A DNA stretch of 64,000 nucleotides from Anaerotruncus sp. (GTDB taxonomy: Bacteria; Bacillota; Clostridia; Oscillospirales; Acutalibacteraceae). The stretch's first letter is position 1. Each line of letters begins with the position of its first letter. Positions 61,212 to 64,000 of this stretch are shown one piece after another. The translations under genes and the position numbers were made by a program. Location of the stretch: the NCBI GenBank assembly GCA_022009795.1, contig CP091724.1, positions 1,925,494 to 1,989,493 on the forward strand, written 5' to 3'. Under the pieces are notes generated by a model. It saw only the letters and a list, made by a program, of their open reading frames with translations. It had not been told where the DNA came from and made no database searches.

Positions 61212-64000
61212 TAACCCTCCAATAATTTGTTGATTGCATTTTTTTAGTGTCTTTATCTATTTCCTTGTCATTGATAACAAGATTTGATACTTCGCTAAAT
61301 GAGCCGCTTAATGTATTTGAATAAAAATACATTCCGTCTATACAAACATATGCTCGTGCAGTAATATTATTGTTGTAATAAGCTTTGGGAATGTTTGAAA
61401 TTACAAGATTGAATGATGTATTTCCATCATTTTCCACTCTGTTTGGAGCAAGTGCCTTCTTAACGGTTGTACCATTTACTGCTTCAATAGATAAATCTTT
61501 AATTCCTTTTTGACTGTAGATAAATCCGTATTCAATATTTGAAGCCAAATTTTTCAATTTCGGGTATTTCGCTCCAGTCAAAACCAAATCTTAATCCTGC
61601 AACCGTGGTGCAAATTGATCGCCCTTTAGCGTTGACATTTATTGCATCTTTTTGATCGCTTTCTCTTTTGTCACTTGTAATGAATTTTATGTCATTTTCT
61701 TTAGCATATGTTTCTGCATAAGAACCGCTTGGAGCAATAATTGTTGCCTGTGTTGCTGGGTAAAGTTCATTTTCTTCAAATTTATCTGACAAGTACAACT
61801 TGAAATCCACTTCTGTAGGTAAGCCGCCGATATACTCAATACTAGGCAAATAAACCCATTCTAAATTGCCGCAACATAGGATAAAACCTCGTTCACTTGT
61901 TACTGCCTTAGGAGCATAAATGAATTTTAAACTCATTGTTTTACTGTTTTCTTCTTCACTTGAAGGGAAAATTGCTGGAAGATTTACGGCATTAGGAAGA
62001 TAAAGTTCCTCTAAAGAAAAACAATCGGTAAATATGTTTTGATAATCAGCGTTATAGCTTTCAACAAAATTAGGCATATTGATATGCTTAAGTTCTTTGC
62101 ATTGATAAAATGTACGTGAACCAAAATTCTTAACATTAGGAATATCAATATATTCAGCGTGACAACTGTCAAATGTGCTGCCTTCAAGCTTTTCGGGTAA
62201 AGGTAATTCTATGTTTTTTTAAAATATGAACCTTTAAATGCACCTGATTCGACTTCTTGAATATTTCGTAAATCATATTCGCCTTCTTTTACAAATTCGG
62301 TAAGTTTAATACAATTATTAAATGCACCGTTTGCCAACTTTTCTATTTCAGGTGCGTATAAATGTTCAAGTGCATAGCAATTGCTGAAAGCACCGCTTGC
62401 CCAATATATTAAAGGTAAGTCTGCTGATATAAGCGGCGTATTCGCAAATGTGTCTTGAAAGTTATAAACATTTGGAAAATATGCATATTTGAATCCTGTT
62501 GCCTCAAATGCACTCGAATATAATTCTTCAACTGTTTCATTAAAGTTGACTGTTTCAAGCTTTTTACAGCTTTCAAAGGCCGATGTGTTTACAAGCGAAA
62601 CATTAGGCATATCAACATTTGTTAATGATGTGTCAGAATAAAAACAAAATGTGCCTATTTTTTTGTTACTCCTTTAGCAGTAATTGAGGTGAGCTTTGCA
62701 CATTTATTGAAAGCATTTTTGCCGAGTGTTTTTACTGTTTTCGGCAATTGAATTACTTTTATATCGCTGTTTGCAAATGCATTATTTGCAACTGATACAG
62801 GAGTTATTCCGTTAATTGTATCGGGAACTATAATACTTGTCTTTTCACCCGAATAGCTGCTTACGGCACCGGCTGCCGTGATTTTAAAATCACTTTCGTC
62901 TGCTTTGTATATGATAGAGTAATTGAGAGGAACATATTTGCTTTTTCCGGTTTCGTTTATTGCAACAGCAACAAATGATTTGCTGTCATCAATAGTCATT
63001 GTGCCATCAAAAACTTCTCCGTTAGTCAAAGTCGGGATAGTATTATCGGTAGTGTATTTTATTGTGTATCCGCTTTCTGCATTTGCCGTAAGATTGATAA
63101 CTTCATTGTATGCACCGCTTTTTTGGCTGAATATCGGCGCAGGTGCAAGTATTTCTTCATAAATTGCAGAATAGTTTAAAATTCCTGCACCGCACCATTC
63201 GGCTTCTGAATTTGAAACAATCGGAAAAGCAGCATCTTTAATTTTGTCTTCAACTTCTTTAGATGTTAGTGTGTTGTCAAGCATCAAAACCGTAGCTGCT
63301 GCGGCAGTTACAAACGGTGCTGAAAATGATGTTCCACTGTGACTGTTTGTATATCCGCCACCTAAATTTGTTGTGTAAATGTTATCGCCCGGAGCGGCAA
63401 TGTCAACCACGGAGCCGAAATTAGAATAATAACTTTTTTCATTTTTCGAGGTTGATGCCGAAACCGTTATTACATTATTTATGTTTGAAGGGGAGTAGTT
63501 ACCTGCGTCGCTTGATTCATTGCCTGCTGCAACAACTACGGTGCACCCCTTTCCAATAAGGCTTTCTATAAGACTGCGAAGAGTTTTTTCAAACGGGTCA
63601 AGCTTATCGTATTCGCCGCCTAATGAAAGGTTGATAACATCGGGAGCGTCGTTTTCTGAAAGTATATGATTAACGGCGGCAATAATTTGTGAAGTGGCAC
63701 ATTTACCGTCGCTGTTGAGCACTTTATATGGCTTTATTTTTACATTTTCGGTAGTGTTTTGCATAACAATACCTGCGACCATAGTTCCGTGTCCCTGATC
63801 GTCCATACTGTCATTGGTTTTGCCGCTTGTTGAGAAATTCAAATTTGTATCAACAATTCTGTTTTTCAAATCTTTATGCGTATAATCGACACCTGTATCA
63901 ATAATTCCAACTGTTACCTCCGACAGTTTTCTGTCGGAGGCTTTTATTGCATTTAAGGTTTCAACTGATTCAATTCTGTCATTACCCCAAGTTTTCGATG
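61211..64000 (-). CDS. S8 subtilase with FN3-associated domain, BspA-type LRRs and a GLRF...ARAY C-terminal domain (5' end outside window), frameshifted
   Basis: VGIIDTG, GHGTMVAG, AAGN, GTSFSAP; IKYTTDNTIP; AFxxCxxL repeats. Confidence 0.88.

Larger units (their letters stand above)
24093..64000. mobile_element. Integrative conjugative element at the ssrA 3' end (right end outside window)
   Basis: GC drop right after the tmRNA; MOBP relaxase, VirD4, VirB4, VirB6, PrgI, ParAB, methylase-helicase. Confidence 0.9.

Noticed and set aside
1..64000. Dozens of frameshifted genes suggesting pseudogenisation or slipped-strand phase variation
   Set aside because: Breaks fall mostly in A/T homopolymers and hit essential or core genes (dnaX, glmS, smpB, recR) equally, which is typical of long-read consensus error.
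1..64000. CRISPR array, group II intron, DGR, IS elements, tRNA or rRNA genes
   Set aside because: No spaced repeats, reverse transcriptase, transposase or tRNA/rRNA signatures seen by eye.

Overview
Gut-type clostridial (Bacillota, probably Oscillospirales-like; inferred) chromosome. Almost every long gene is broken by single-base homopolymer indels, which I read as long-read consensus error. 1-24092 is host core: hypB/flavoprotein/hypA, a macro-HTH/SGNH/vWA cluster, a two-component system, glmS, spoIIE, acyl-CoA synthetase, SRP RNA-dnaX-ybaB-recR-smpB-ssrA. From the 3' end of the tmRNA to the window end lies a lower-GC ICE: ParAB, sortase-anchored adhesin, giant ArdC/methylase/SNF2 protein, Fic, toprim, oriT-MobC-MOBP relaxase, VirD4/VirB2/VirB6/PrgI/VirB4, sortase B, wall hydrolase, and three very AT-rich cargo blocks. 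Most striking: next to a XerC/D-like recombinase is a ~1.8-kb cassette of two convergent genes (GNAT-like with a C-terminal membrane anchor; SAM methyltransferase). It is flanked by inverted 19-bp recombinase-type sites whose spacer holds a TTG that appears to start each gene, with promoter and SD only outside the left site, i.e. a candidate either/or gene-inversion switch. Other leads: a TnpV gene overprinted inside the helicase gene, a C-terminal Arg tail shared by soluble ICE proteins, an S8-LRR protease coupled to a YxxP micropeptide, and a two-state RNA leader on the vWA gene.
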